Positions 1-12,913 are shown, numbered from the stretch's first letter. The stretch: DNA of 64,000 nt from Chiloscyllium plagiosum (GCF_004010195.1 NC_057718.1:52470254-52534253); one strand, 5' to 3'. Translations and numbers: made by a program. Notes: generated from the letters alone by a model not told the origin.

Positions 1-639
1 TGTCTTAACACATGGACTCCATTTGTGAGTAACGTGAGCCTCTTCAAGTGGTAAGCGTATTAATCAGGCACTTATACAGTGCAGGTTAAAGACATTTATA
101 CTCATAGCATGCTACGTGTGAAATGCATGCAGTGATCGACTAAAAGAGACACAAATCCTGTCCACAATCCATCTTGACCACATCACTGGTCATTATTGTC
201 ATCTCTGTGAATCAGAAATAATCACAGGTGGTCTTAAAGTTGTTCACTATGGCCAGAAATAACAAAGGCAATCCCTGGTCTCAATGTGTGTGGGCTTGAA
301 GCTGGTTTCCTTTCCAAGCACTCACTGACACACTCTGATATGCAATGCTGTCTTTCTTGTACAATGTGAGGGGTGGGAGGACAAGACATCAGTAATCATG
401 CAGCATTTACAATCTCCTATTGGATTTATACAATGTGATTTGTGCTGCATACATCAGAATAAAGCCCGATATGTAAAAGTTCCATATACATGCCCTCCTT
501 GTCAGAGTCGTCCATCTCTCACTGTATCGAGGATCATGATAAAATCTTATTTATGTATGATGTGAATACTGCTCATATTAATAAGGACATCCTCTGTTTC
601 TGATATTCCACCCACAAGTTGGTTGGAACAGATTTATAT

Positions 640-960
640 TCAGAAACGATTAGTGTTACTGTGGCTGTGTGCAACAATTGTGCAGAGAAAGTGAGGAGGA
701 ACAAATGTGCCCACAAGACTAGAACCAGCAGTAACCTCCAGTGACTCCAGCCTCTACATGATGGACTCAGAAGTGAAAATACCCTCAGGATGCAGAGCAG
801 GCACAGGAAGCTCAGAGTCTATTGTGATCAATGCTATTTCCTCCTGATGAGCAAAGAACATTGCCATTGCAGACTGAGGATGCCCTGGGACATCTTCACA
901 GAACTACCAGCTGATGGAGTGGGCCCTGTGACATGAAGTTGGCAACCATCTTGTCTTGGG
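640..960 (+). mobile_element. Possible Harbinger/PIF transposase N-terminal relic
   Basis: 835-910 translates YFLLMSKEHCHCRLRMPWDIFTEL, resembling the 'YLxMSExQCRRRLRxSRETVTEL' start of fish Harbinger transposases; heavily decayed. Confidence 0.3.
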
Positions 961-1135
961 GGCCATCAAGTTAGGACAGATGCACTTGTTTTAAATTGTG
1001 AAATAGAGCATGTAATTTATATACATAAATGTAATTAATTTTGAGTTTGGGTTTTGAACTCATGGCATGTGGATTTTGGTCTACAAGGGAGATAAATAAT
1101 TAAGGTGCCAGTCTTTTTGAAGCCATGATTTTTTA

Positions 1136-1450
1136 TGGGGAGGTGATGGCCTAGTGGTATTATTGCTGGACTGTTAATTCAGACCCAGGTGACATTCTGG
1201 CAGATTGCAGGACTTGAATTCAATAAATATGTGGAATTAAGAATCTAATGATGCCCATGAATCCATTTTTGGGAAAAACCCATCTGGTTCACGAATGTTC
1301 TTTAAGGAAGGAAACTGCCATCCTAACCTGGTCTGACCTACATGAGATATACATCAATTTGGCTGACTCTTAACTGCTCCCTGGGCAATTAGGGATGGGC
1401 AATAAATGCTGCCTTGCCAGTGACACCCTCATCCCATGAATGAATAAAAA
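1136..1450 (+). mobile_element. tRNA-derived SINE (non-HE1 family)
   Basis: A-box-like TGGCCTAGTGG head; 3' tail GGGCAATTAGGGATGGGCAATAAATGCTG...CCCATGAATGAATAAAAA similar to the LINE tail at 55033-55097. Confidence 0.75.
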
Positions 1451-1499
1451 CAACAGTATGTATCAAAGAGAATCATGCTGGGATCCTCCTAAAGTGATA

Positions 1500-2145
1500 A
1501 TGTCAGCTTGTTTGTACTGTCAAGAGTTGTAGGATTAGGGAGTGCAAACATTGAAAGGCATTACCTTGCTTTAGAAGCATCAAGAATTAATTTGTTTTTG
1601 CTTAGAAAAATGTTGGTGTCAGTTCACAGATGACCTGACTATTGACAAATGTAATAAATTTGTTTTGAAGAAAGGAGTCGGTTCATAATAGTTCAGGAAC
1701 AGCTCACCTCTGTGTGATGGTTCAGTTTGAAAATTGCAGACTCAAAGGGTGATTTGAAGTTAAGAAATTTGAAGCTCAATTGAATGAAGAATCAAGAAAA
1801 AATCTATCAAGCTCTCAAGACCAGGAATTAAAAGAAAAAAGAACTCTCTCTCTGTGGAAGCGAGTGCTATAAACCTTTAGCATTGAGCTAGATAGGGTTC
1901 TGTTCTCGAATGTTTAAAATCATGCAAATTGTGTTATAAGTAAATAGTTATTTTGTTCTTGTTTACTGTCATTTCTTTTGTGAGATCAACTTCTGATTTC
2001 TGGTTAAAAGAAATCTGCAGCATTATATACTTTTGTTTCCATGAGAGACCACCATAGTAAAATCAATACAAAACATGATCTATGAAGCCAGATTTCAGTC
2101 TGGGATCTCAATCCTTGTTATAACATTAGCTGGAATGTTATGCAA
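1500..2145 (+). mobile_element. Probable decayed solo LTR
   Basis: LTR-like layout and a 3' end (GCCAGATTTCAGTCTGGGATC...ATAACA) resembling shark Gypsy LTR ends; no TSD verified. Confidence 0.35.
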
Positions 2146-2964
2146 CTGGCCACTTCCAAATGATCCAATGGGATTTGTGTGGGATATCTCAATCCCCCTC
2201 AAGAGAATTAAGGCTGTCACTGACACAGTTTGTGACAGATTAGATCACTTTGGCTCATCTTCCCGTAAACTTTCACACAAGTCAGAGCAGATGGATAGGA
2301 GGCAAAAAGGCCACCCACTGGATCTATCTCACATTTCACTCTCAAACCAGCTGCAAGGTGTGCATAAATCTCAGCCCTTTAAGTCAAACTGTTTATTGTG
2401 CTTCTGCATTTAATGAGAGGCATTCTTTTACAACAAAACTGTGGACATTTCAGTATTGCACAGAACTGTGATGCTTATCTTTAATTGGAACCTTATGTTG
2501 CTTCAAGTCTTTTTTTAAATTCTCCTGTAATTTGGAGACTTAAGACTTTCTGGAACTGATAATATTACTGTATTGTATTGTAAACATAAAGATCCTGCCA
2601 TGAAGGTGGAGCACAAATTGGCATAAATGTCATGTTATGTCTGCCAGCAACCAATGCTGATCTCAATTTTCCAGAACTGGCCATTAAATTGTAAACTATT
2701 TAGTAGTCTATTCTCAATTAACCTCATCAATTTATGTCAATCTCAGAGGTAAATCTATAGTCAACAAGGAATAATCATGATACAATTGAATTGTCTGTGC
2801 ATTCCCTCAAATTTATTTTTGTCAATTATCAAAGTTATTAATTATTTGTATTTTCAATGTTCAAGTGCTGCTAACTATAATAAATTAATTGATTTTTTTT
2901 ATTTCTTGACTCTTGTCTGACCTCTTTGATAACAAAGAGTTCAGTTATTCGTTATCTTCTGTAG

Positions 2965-3009
2965 GTTCTAATGGCAGGGTAGTAGAATGCACGATCATAC
3001 AATGGTTTG
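2965..3009 (+). CDS. Candidate 45 bp internal exon (phase 1-1), SNGRVVECTIIQWF
   Basis: Acceptor ttcgttatcttctgtag, donor TTG|gtgagt; one stop-free frame; unique flanks. Confidence 0.3.
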
Positions 3010-3739
3010 GTGAGTCAAATTTAGGCATCATTCACTCAAGTGTACAAATTTGTGTTTGTACAGATTGCATGGGGCTAGATGTTAATGGAGTGGGAAGACA
3101 ACTCAGAGGGGTGAAAATGCCAACCAGATTTCACGAAGAGCTCAAATTTTCAACAGAGGTTTGAAGTGCGTGAACCCCAGGGAAAAGACTATTTGACAGC
3201 TCAGGCTTTGCTTTAAGGATGTGGAAAGTTATGATTTTTAAAACTCATTACTTAACACATCCTATTGTCACTATATTTCCACTGATTCTGTACAGTGGGT
3301 AAATAGGCATGGATTTGCTATAGCTTGGCAAGGACAGGATGAGGTGCCATGGATATTGGATGATGCAGGGAAACATATGGCATGGATCACATGAGGGTTG
3401 TGGCGAGCAAGGGTGCGAGGGGTGAGGATTAGAATGCATTGTATTTTCAATATAACTTGGACCAAGTCCCACAGCAATCCCCCTACCCTTCTCCTGAGGC
3501 TGGTGGACCAAGGGGTTATTTTCCTAAAGCAAGCTATCCACCCTGAAGATGAAAATCCATCCTATTTCTCGACAAAGAGGTTAATTTAAAGATTAAATGT
3601 TTCATCTCTATGTTCTTGTTGAACATGCTTGTCAGTTTTTTCTCAGTGTTCTGATAAACTATGGGTCAGGGAAGGAATTTTCTGAAAAATGGTGGTGACA
3701 GCATCGGACAAAGCTGTAATTTGTTACTGTTCATGTTTC

Positions 3740-4250
3740 CTTGTTCACTTCAGAAACTGTCTCTTTCTCCTGGTGCCATCACCAAACATCTCCTCAAAAA
3801 CATCCTTGGTCACACCACTCTTCCAAATTATTACCCAATGTCCAACCTCCTTTCCCTCTCTCAAGATCTTGAATATGTTAGTTTCTGTGAAAGTCATGCC
3901 CATATTCCCAGAGCTCCATGTTTGAATCCCTAAGATCAGGCTTCTGTCCCTGTCATGGGACTGAAACAGCTCCCATCCAAGTTATAAATGACATCCTCTG
4001 TCACTGTGAGAAAGGTCAAAAAGGTATTTCTGCTTGTTCTTCTTACCCTGCCAGTAGTCTTTAGTATGACTGACCAGAACAGTCTGTTCCACCACTGTGG
4101 AATTACTCAAGTATAGTTCTACTCTTAATTACCTAATCACTACCAGCATATCAACCACAATCGACATCTCTTCCTTCTCCTCTGATGACCCTCAAGGATC
4201 TGTCCTTGCTTCCTTATGTTCTGCCCTCATTGTCATCAACTAAATTAAGG
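3740..4250 (+). mobile_element. L2 LINE RT, 5' piece (decayed)
   Basis: Decayed RT motifs NYYPMSNLLSLS (cf. NYRPISNLPFLS), TETA..VxNDILC and PQGSVL. Confidence 0.7.
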
Positions 4251-5328
4251 CTGAAACTTTCCATATCATGCTTAAGTATAATTTTCATCCACTTTCACAG
4301 AAGGTTCTCTCTGTGAGGCCAAGCCTGTTTTCTTGCATCTCAAACTTGCACCAGGGTGTTTCCTCTCTTTTGCCTCCTGTAGGCATGAGCAGCATAACCA
4401 TGGTGGTCACAGTCAAGAAAGCCACTTTGTAAACCACCTTGTGACTCAGCATTCCTCCTCTACCCTACCTGCCATTCTCAGTTTTGTGGGAATTCAAGCC
4501 AAGAAGAAACACCTGATTATTTGCAGGACACACTCAGCATGTCTGGTCCATCTAGACAAAAACATCCCTGGGCTTAACTGACGTCCAAGGCCAACGGGCT
4601 CCAGTTTAGGAGAGGTTCCCTCCACTCCAGCTGAGGAACATAGAAATGCTTTGAGCTATAATGGGAGGGCACAGAGGTGGTATCAGTGAGACATCCCTGT
4701 AAATAGGATTCACGTTTTGTAAATATATGTTCACTTTCTACCATCAGCTATGTGTTCAAGTCTCTGTCTAACCACAAGTACAACAATGAAGATTCAGAGC
4801 CGGCACATCCTTAACGCTACGCAATGTTCCAGGGTCTAAGGTGTGAAATGAGCAACTCTTGCACATTATACTGGCACTGGGTAAATCACAGGTAATTGCT
4901 ACTTCTACAATTAGACTCCATCTATACCAGATAGACAAACATACCTACTGCCTCATTGGAATTAATGGGATTCATTTTGTATCTTGCCAGATATCATCAG
5001 GATATTCTTGGGACGAGAAACTGGACTGCACACAAAAGGCTCAAGCCTAAGGTTCACAAAGCACGGATGAGTCACTGGTGTGTTTCTGGTGCTGTCGATG
5101 CACGTCTGAGTAATTCTGTTTATCCTTGAGGGGTCTCATATTTCTCAAAATTGAAACCCCCTCCCTCACAGAGCAAAGCACTTACCCCCCTCCACACTTG
5201 GTGTTGTCAAAGTCACTTTCATCGCTGATGTGCACATATTACTTATAGCATGATGGTAGGCAATATCAACAATCCCATAACAGGCTCCATCTCTCCAGAG
5301 AACACCAAATATAAACATCCCCTTCCTG

Positions 5329-6030
5329 AAGTGTATCAGTCCTGCTAAGATTTGCTTTCCCAAAATGCAGGTAGATAGGATAGTGAAGAAGGCATTTGGT
5401 GTGCTTTCCTTTATTGATCAGAGTATTGAGTACAGGAGTTGGGAGGTCATGTTGCAGTTGTGCAGGACATTGGTTCGGCCACTTTTGGAATATTGTGCCC
5501 AAATCTGGTATCCTTCCTATCAGAAGGATGTTGTGAAACTTTAAAGGATTGAGAAAAGATTTACAAGGATGTTGCCAGGATTGGAGGATTTGAGCTGTGG
5601 GGAGAGATTGAATAGGCTAGAGCTGTTTTCCCTGGACCGTCAGAGGTTGAGGGGTGACCTTATCGAGGTTTATAAAATTATGAGGGGCATGGATAGGGTA
5701 AATAGACAAGGTCTTTTCCCTAGGGTGGGGGAGTCCAAAACTAGCGGATATAGGGTGGGTGAGAGGGGAAAAATATAAAAGAGACCTAAGGGGCAACTTT
5801 TTCACGCAGAGGGTGGTGCATGTGTGGAATGAGCAGCCAGAGGAAGTGGTAGAGCCTGGTACAATTGCAACATTTAAAAGGGATCTGGATGGGTATATGA
5901 ATAGGAAGGGTTTGGAGGGATATGGGCCAGGTGCTGGCAGGTGAGACTAGATTGGGTTGGGATATCTGGTTGGAATGGACAAGTTGGACCAAAGAGTCTG
6001 TTTCTGTGCTGTACATCTCTATGATTCTAT
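5329..6030 (+). mobile_element. 5'-truncated CR1 LINE with inverted 5' 42 bp
   Basis: ORFs 5569-5778 and 5759-5944 give the CR1 ORF2 C-terminus (RLRGDLIEVYKIMRGMDRV, FFTQRVVHVWN); CTCTATGATTCTAT tail; 5329-5370 is antisense CR1. Confidence 0.95.
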
Positions 6031-7099
6031 AATCAATCATGACCAATTGCTTGAGCTGCTTAGCTAGTCAGCTCCAAATGATGAGTGACCAGACCCCTGA
6101 CTAATCTCTGTACATTGATCTCTCTCTCCCCCCTCTTCCCATGACTCCATGGACTGGTTGCATTGGACCCACTGAGCTGACCATGGCTCAGTCAGAGGCA
6201 GAGATTCTGTCCGCCCTGATTAACTGTGCTCAAGCCCCTGAACTAATATCAGCGATTGACCTTGGCTTGCTGTAAGTTGAGAATGCCTGCCTAAAGGATA
6301 ACTCCATGGACTTGATTGAGGGCTACTCCCCTTAGGCTTTGAGGCACATAAATTCAGTTGATGCAGTGCTTTCAGCATGTACACTGCTGGCACTTACTGC
6401 AGATGTGAGATTGACATAAGACTGTGGCATTTGCTTTGTGTGCATGCTAAATTACAAGCAAGGCAGATGTACAGTGAGCCTTTAAGATGCAGCTGAGAGA
6501 GCAAAGCACTAAAATGAATTGCAAGGCAATATGAGCATCCAGATATGCATGAAGCGATTGAATGATAAGACAGCGAGCCAGCAGCCCTGAGATGCCACCT
6601 GGTGTCCGAACCATGGTCACAAAGTGCCCTTGCAACAAAATTGCAATGAGAGGTGTCTGTGCACCCAATTATTTAATTGCAGAAGTATATTGTGAATAGA
6701 TCAGATGTGTGGCATGATGATGCCGAGAGACTGGTACATGTTGGATGCCAATGTCCGTGGAGGTGGGCTGCAAGTGATGTTGGTGCTCAGTATCCAAGAT
6801 GGAAGTCCGCAGGAGGAAGCAAAGACTTGGAGTCACCAGGTACCCAATCTGACTTTCATGTCACCAGTTCTCAGTATCTTATGATGGGCTGGAGGATGTG
6901 TCCTTGCATACCCATGAAATGAGATTAGATTGCAATGAAGGTGATAACGAGAAAAATCCCCAGTTATAGACTTCCAGTCGCAGACTAGCAAGAACTTAAT
7001 CTCAGCATCTGGGGCAACATTAGAAAGTAAGGCCTGATGACACCAAGAAATGCCTCTATCAGCATCTCACACTATTCCCCCAGGTTTCTCAACCTAACC

Positions 7100-8350
7100 A
7101 AGGTGTTCAGGGCCTAAAAATATTCAGTTCATTATGCTAATGTTGGAATGCCTTACTGATAGCACTCAGCTTCATACTGACGTCATCTCTTTTGTCTCCT
7201 CCCCTGTCACTAGATTATCACAGTGCTTTTTCAATATACAGTCCAGGATGGACAGTAAATTCCTTCAATTAAATACTCGGAATGGTGAAAATGGTGTCTT
7301 CAGTCCCTTCTGCAAACTTTGCTCCATACCTGTTTACTCCATTGCTCTCCCTGGCAACTGTCGAAGATTTAGCCAGACTGGTTGCAACCAGAGCCTTATA
7401 CTTGAAAGCAAAATGAGTTTCTGATGGCATATCCATTCCATCAGTAAGAACACCAATTTCTTTGTCTGTATCAGCACCTGACCCTACACCACATTAGCTC
7501 ATCTGTTGACAAAAACTATGCTTGAGTTACCTCTGGACATGCCTTCCTGTCAACATTACCACATCCTTTTCTCCACAAAATTGAGCCCAGTCAAAACTCT
7601 GCTGTTATATCCTTAGTCACACCAAGTTTCATTCAGCTTTCTCCCCTGTATTTTCTGATTTACCCCAGCTCAGACTGAAGAAATGTCTTAACTTTTCAAT
7701 GTCTGATCTCGTCTCCATGGTCTATGATCTTGCCCTCTACGGTCTTGCCCTCCTTATTTCTGTTATTGCTTCCAACATTAAAAGCTCCACTAATTTGGGT
7801 GTACCAGACTAGTTCTGGCATCTTGAATATCCCTAATTTCAGCTCCAGCATTGTTGGTCATGCCTTTAGCTGCCCATAAAATAAGCTCTTGAATCCATCC
7901 CTAAATCTGTCTCTCTGCATATCTTATCTCCTTTAGACATTTCTCAAGACTTAACTTATTTGACCAAGTGGAGAAAGTGAGGACTGCAGATGCTGGAGAC
8001 CTGGAGATGGATATCTGGTCGGAATGGACAAGTTGGACCAAAGAGTCTGTTTCTGTGCTGTACATCTCTATGACTCTATAACCGATCATGACCAATAGCT
8101 TGAGCTGCTTAGCTAGTCAGCTCCAAATGATGAGTGACCAGACCCCTGACTAATCTCTGTACATTGATCTCTCTCTCCATCTGCACTTTTCCAGCAACAC
8201 ATTTTCAGCTTATTTGACCAAGTTTTTGCCATCTGCCTTCATTTGGTTCATTGTCAAATGTTGCTGTAGTACACTTATGTGATGTGCCTTTAAATGTTTT
8301 ATTACATCATATCAAATTATTATTGTATCAAATGTCATTATGTTAAAAAC
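7100..8350 (+). mobile_element. L2 LINE RT C-terminus and 3' UTR (continuation of 3740-4250)
   Basis: ORF 7134-7424 LTDSTQLH...SKFLQLN (cf. YADDTQLY...NFLQLN); L2-type 3' end TTTGACCAAG...ATGTTTTATTAC; interrupted at 7970-8208. Confidence 0.7.
7970..8208. mobile_element. Composite insertion: Penelope pLTR ends enclosing a copy of 5960-6129
   Basis: Perfect 15 bp direct repeat CTTATTTGACCAAGT at 7955-7969 and 8209-8223; both ends match the pLTR family at 33591, 47553 and 51771. Confidence 0.85.
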
Positions 8351-11300
8351 AGTATAAAAACAAATTGTTAACTGTAATGACATGTTATATCTGGAAAGAG
8401 AATCATGTTAATATTAATACAAAACAAATATTCAAAGTTATTAGGGTGTAGTTAGTCATTTTATCACAAATGCATATTTAGTTCAATATTGTTCCATAAA
8501 GCATGATCAGATTACTTTATAATAAAGCATTTATCACAAATATTTTGACACTTCACTTCTGATCTTTTATATCTTGGCTATTTTGATCCACTGGAAGATA
8601 ATGCAAGTACTAAACAAATGTGACATGATCTTTATTTTTCATGAATGAGATGGTACAACTGACAAGTGATTAAAACAGTAATTTACATTATCTCTTAAAC
8701 AGATTAAATATAATGATTATTTCTCATGATTTCTTGGATCTTCACCATTAAACACTGGCAGAAATTTACAGGAGTTGGTGAAATCCCGACAGAAACCCCC
8801 CTCCATTATCTGAATGTTAGTGGACTTGATCTGAGAACAAATGTGGCTTTAGTTTTCCTCACAGGCAATTTAGGTTTCCATCACATTTGCACAAGACTTT
8901 GCTAACATGATAATGAATAAACTGTCTTCATGGGATTTTTACCAGCTCCAGTTTGCTTTACTTAATCTTGTATTCAATTCATAATTTGGCAGACAAAAAG
9001 CTATCCATGCAGAATGAGTTTTAGGTGTAGATCCAGTTACAAGGAGCTAAAGAAATCAGAGGTGGTATAAAATATGCTCTACTAGAAAAGATTATGCTGG
9101 TTTTCAAATGATGGGAAAGCTTTCTACACATATTTGTCTGGAAATAATGTTTGCTTACTCTCTGGACTGACATTTAAACTGTTGGTTATATGTTTGGACA
9201 AACCATTGCATGTTAATTTTGTAGAAAAACTATACGGGCAAACAAAAAAGCAAATTATTACATGCAAATATTTTTCTTGTGCGTACCTAAGCAAATGCAG
9301 TTTACAAATCTTTCATAACATGAAGTATTACCACAGTCAATTATGATTCACATCATACATACAATACATATGACTTATGTTAAATGTTTTGCATTTTTAA
9401 AATGTCCTGTTCAATTTTCTGACATAACTAGTTTCATAACGTCCAAATTCATTACACCTTAATAAGTAAGCAGTTGTTGCATAAAATTAACTAAAACCAT
9501 GTGAAAAAGTGCTTCTATATTACAATGTTACTCATTATCAACACATATGAAAGTAACTTAAGAAAATAAATTATGTGAAGCACCCACCTTCAACATAGTT
9601 GTCTTCTGTGTGCACAGACAGGAAAGGAGAAAAAGGAAAAAGACTCATTAAGCGGCATGCAGACTGGAATCTGCCTCTGCATGATCTTGTCATGCAAGGC
9701 ATTAAAACACAACATGCAAGTGTTCCATCACCAACATTCATGGCGAACAAGTGCCAGGGAAGCAGTGCTCTTCAAATTGTGGCATCATGTGAAGAGTTTG
9801 AATTTATGAAGGGAAAGTAATTTCTGATTCCATGTGAGTTGTTAAATTATGATTCTTCATTAACACAGACTCCTCTATGGGTTTAAGTCCGTAAATATTT
9901 TTTTTTTAAATACATGATGGAAATGGGACTAGCTGGTATGGTAGGCATAAGGTTATCATTCTAGTTTTTTCCCATTTGAATTAATTCTTAATCAATCTTT
10001 GTAAACTTAGCTGAAGGGATTATAAAATTATGCATTCTAAGCTTTTAAAAATTATTCTCCAATGCACAGAAATTACAAATAGTGCATTTGCAAAATGTCA
10101 TGTCAAAAAGTCAGAGAAAGGCATTGTGCAAAACTATATTTTATTCAAAATCAAAATCAATAATTTAGCATTTACTGCCTCCTTCATATTCCAAGTTTTC
10201 ATACAACTACCAACCCCTATTACAGCACACGTTATTGAAAAAGTATTAGAATTTGTTTTTTGCCTGAGCAGTACAGTTTCAATAACAAAATCTTATTGAA
10301 ATATGTACTTTGCACTAATGCAAAACTGTCAGTAATACTCTCATCATAATTGTTATTGCAATTATTAAGCACATGCAATATTATGACTAACAAAATTAAA
10401 TTGAACTATTTTTACTCTCACATACAAAATTTTAACCTTGATTAAATTTCAAATCTATTCATTATTTTATGTTAAAAAGGAAACTTATTTGTTAGAAGTT
10501 AACAAAATGCTCTTTAGATTACATTATTTTGGACATAACTGATGAAGCATTTTAAGTTATATGCCAATTGTAAGACACTGGGTGAATAATGGCAAACATA
10601 GATTCAGCAACTCATTCTTTCACAGTGGATTTGTCACAAATTAAATTACATTTGGTGCAAAAGAAAAAGGGAAGCATTTAAATTATAAACAATAAACAGA
10701 TATCATGAAGGTGGAAAAATATCCGACTGAAATCTAGTGTCACAGTTCACATGCAACTGCTTACTTTTTCAGCCCTTACATCTTATATTTAAAATTAATT
10801 TTGAATTGAGAGAACATTTGAATAGTTGTGTCTTAACAACTTAAACTCTCTTATTAACCTGGTGTTCTTTCTGACACACTCAATCATTCAGTACATTTTC
10901 AGTTGCACAGCTTCCATTGTGTTGTCCATGTTGAAATGCTTCAGGAGGTGTTGGGTACCAAATGTTAGAATTTTCTGGTTTTTAGTGTTAAAATCTATGT
11001 ACAGTGCACATAATCTGTATCTGATGTATACCTCTCAAACTTAATTACCAACAAGAGAAATATTTGTTACTTATCAAGATTCAAGCCAAGCCACAATCAC
11101 TGCATCAGAATAATTCATTCAATGATTCACTTAATGACCTTGCAATTAATAAAACTTCATAGATTATTTTTTAAAATTGAGAAAAAAACATTATTTGGCA
11201 ATTATAGATGTTTACATTGCTGTTGATGCATTATAAAGTTAAATAGAACTTATATTTAGAACATAAATTAATTTTAAGATTTAAGAAACACATTCTAACA

Positions 11301-11879
11301 GGAATAAAAAATCTTCTTTTCAGCTACTTATCTGGATTTTGAGAATTACAGCATATTTTCTCAACTAAGATGATTGCAATGTGTTGTTTTTAGACGATTC
11401 TCACTTGCCTATGTTTAATAGAGGAACAAGCATTGTGTAATGGACAGAAAATAATTATTCATTCTTCTTCTCTTTCTGCAAGAGAATTTGCTCCAATATG
11501 TAAATGAAGGAACCTTTATTTTCACCAATATGGACACTTTAGGACTTGCCTGGGCATACAGAGGGGCAATATTGAACATTCCCTGAGGTTGGGGATCAAG
11601 ACAGGAAGATACACTTTGGTTGGAGCAGGTGCCATTCTGAGAAATAAAGAGGGTGAATTAGGATACAGGGAAGGAGTGTGGTCCAAAGTTCTCCTGACAC
11701 CATGTTGAATTTCTTGGTGGAGGTGTTGGTGTGGAGGTGAAATATTTACAGGGACTGCAGCTAGCCTCACATTTGCATCTAACAGCTTGTACATGCTGCC
11801 TGTTATTCCATCAAGACTGCCACATCACCAGATTGTTCCTCTTTCAGGACAAACTGGTGCTAAACCAGAGGCAATGATT

Positions 11880-12500
11880 GGAACAGAACAGCAGGAGGAA
11901 CTTTGTTTGCTAACTGTCATTGTTAACTGATTAAATTCAAACAAGGCAAACTGGCTCTGATTGGTCAGGTGATTAGATGTTTCCAAATCTCTTTACTCAG
12001 TGATAAAGGTGCAATGAGTTGTCATTTTATCTTTGTGTCCATGAACAAGGTCCTATGTGTGAATAAATGGGGCTGCTAATTTGTGCAAATCAGTCACACT
12101 GCAAGTCCAACTGATGATCTTAAATTGTTTTCTGGTGTAATTCTTGGTACAGTTAGGGTTGTTCAGTAAATGCTGTCCAAAAGTATAGTTGCATGTACTA
12201 AATTCTGCAAGCACTGGCTGATTGTGTTCGGATAAGACTTTGCAGATAATTGAACAAATACAGTCTGCCTGTGGTTGTGACATAACCTATGTGTTTGCTT
12301 TCACACCACCATTACAACTCATTGTTGATTGTGTGGTAAGCGGAATATTTGATGTGGTTAGAGCAAGCTGTCAGTGCAGTTCACAAATTTACTGCAATAT
12401 AGTAATGTAACTTCACTAGTTTGTTCAGATTGTCAGGACAACTTCCCTTTTCAGGGTAAACTTGAGATTGGCTAGACAACTTTCAAGATAAAAATGTGTT
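11880..12500 (-). mobile_element. Old Penelope-like element, endonuclease C-terminus
   Basis: ORF 12053-12283 contains GQHLLNNPNCTKNYTRKQFKIIS...LHKLAAPFIHT, typical of the PLE GIY-YIG C-terminal region. Confidence 0.7.
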
Positions 12501-12621
12501 AGTATTAAGCCCTTCCACAAGTTTGCCTGATATGTAGCAAATGAACAGGGTCACAATTAATGCACAGGACACACTTGTGTGTGTTTGAAGTCACATTGAT
12601 TTGCACACTGGACACTGTTTT

Positions 12622-12913
12622 ATTAGATTCCCTACAGTGTAGAAACAGGCCCTTCAGCCCAACAAGTCCACACCAACCCTCCAAAGAGTAACCCACCCAT
12701 TTCCCTCTCAATAATACACCTAACACTATGGGCAATTTAGCATGGCCAATTCACCTCACCTGCACATCTTCTGAATTCTGGGAGGAAACCGGAGACTGGA
12801 GGAAACCCACGCAGACTCGGGAAGAATGTGCACAGTCACCTGACGCAGGAATTGAATCTGGGTCCCTGGTGTTGTGGGGCTGTAATGTGAACCACTGAGC
12901 CACTGTGCCACCC
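12622..12913 (-). mobile_element. HE1/V-SINE-type SINE
   Basis: tRNA head GGGTGGCACAGTGGCTCAGTGG, central V-domain, CR1-like tail ending in AATCT repeats. Confidence 0.93.

Noticed and set aside
10888..11034. Minus-strand open frame ending ..MEAVQLKMY* as a last coding exon
   Set aside because: There is an in-frame stop just upstream, the acceptors are weak and the peptide is not recognised.
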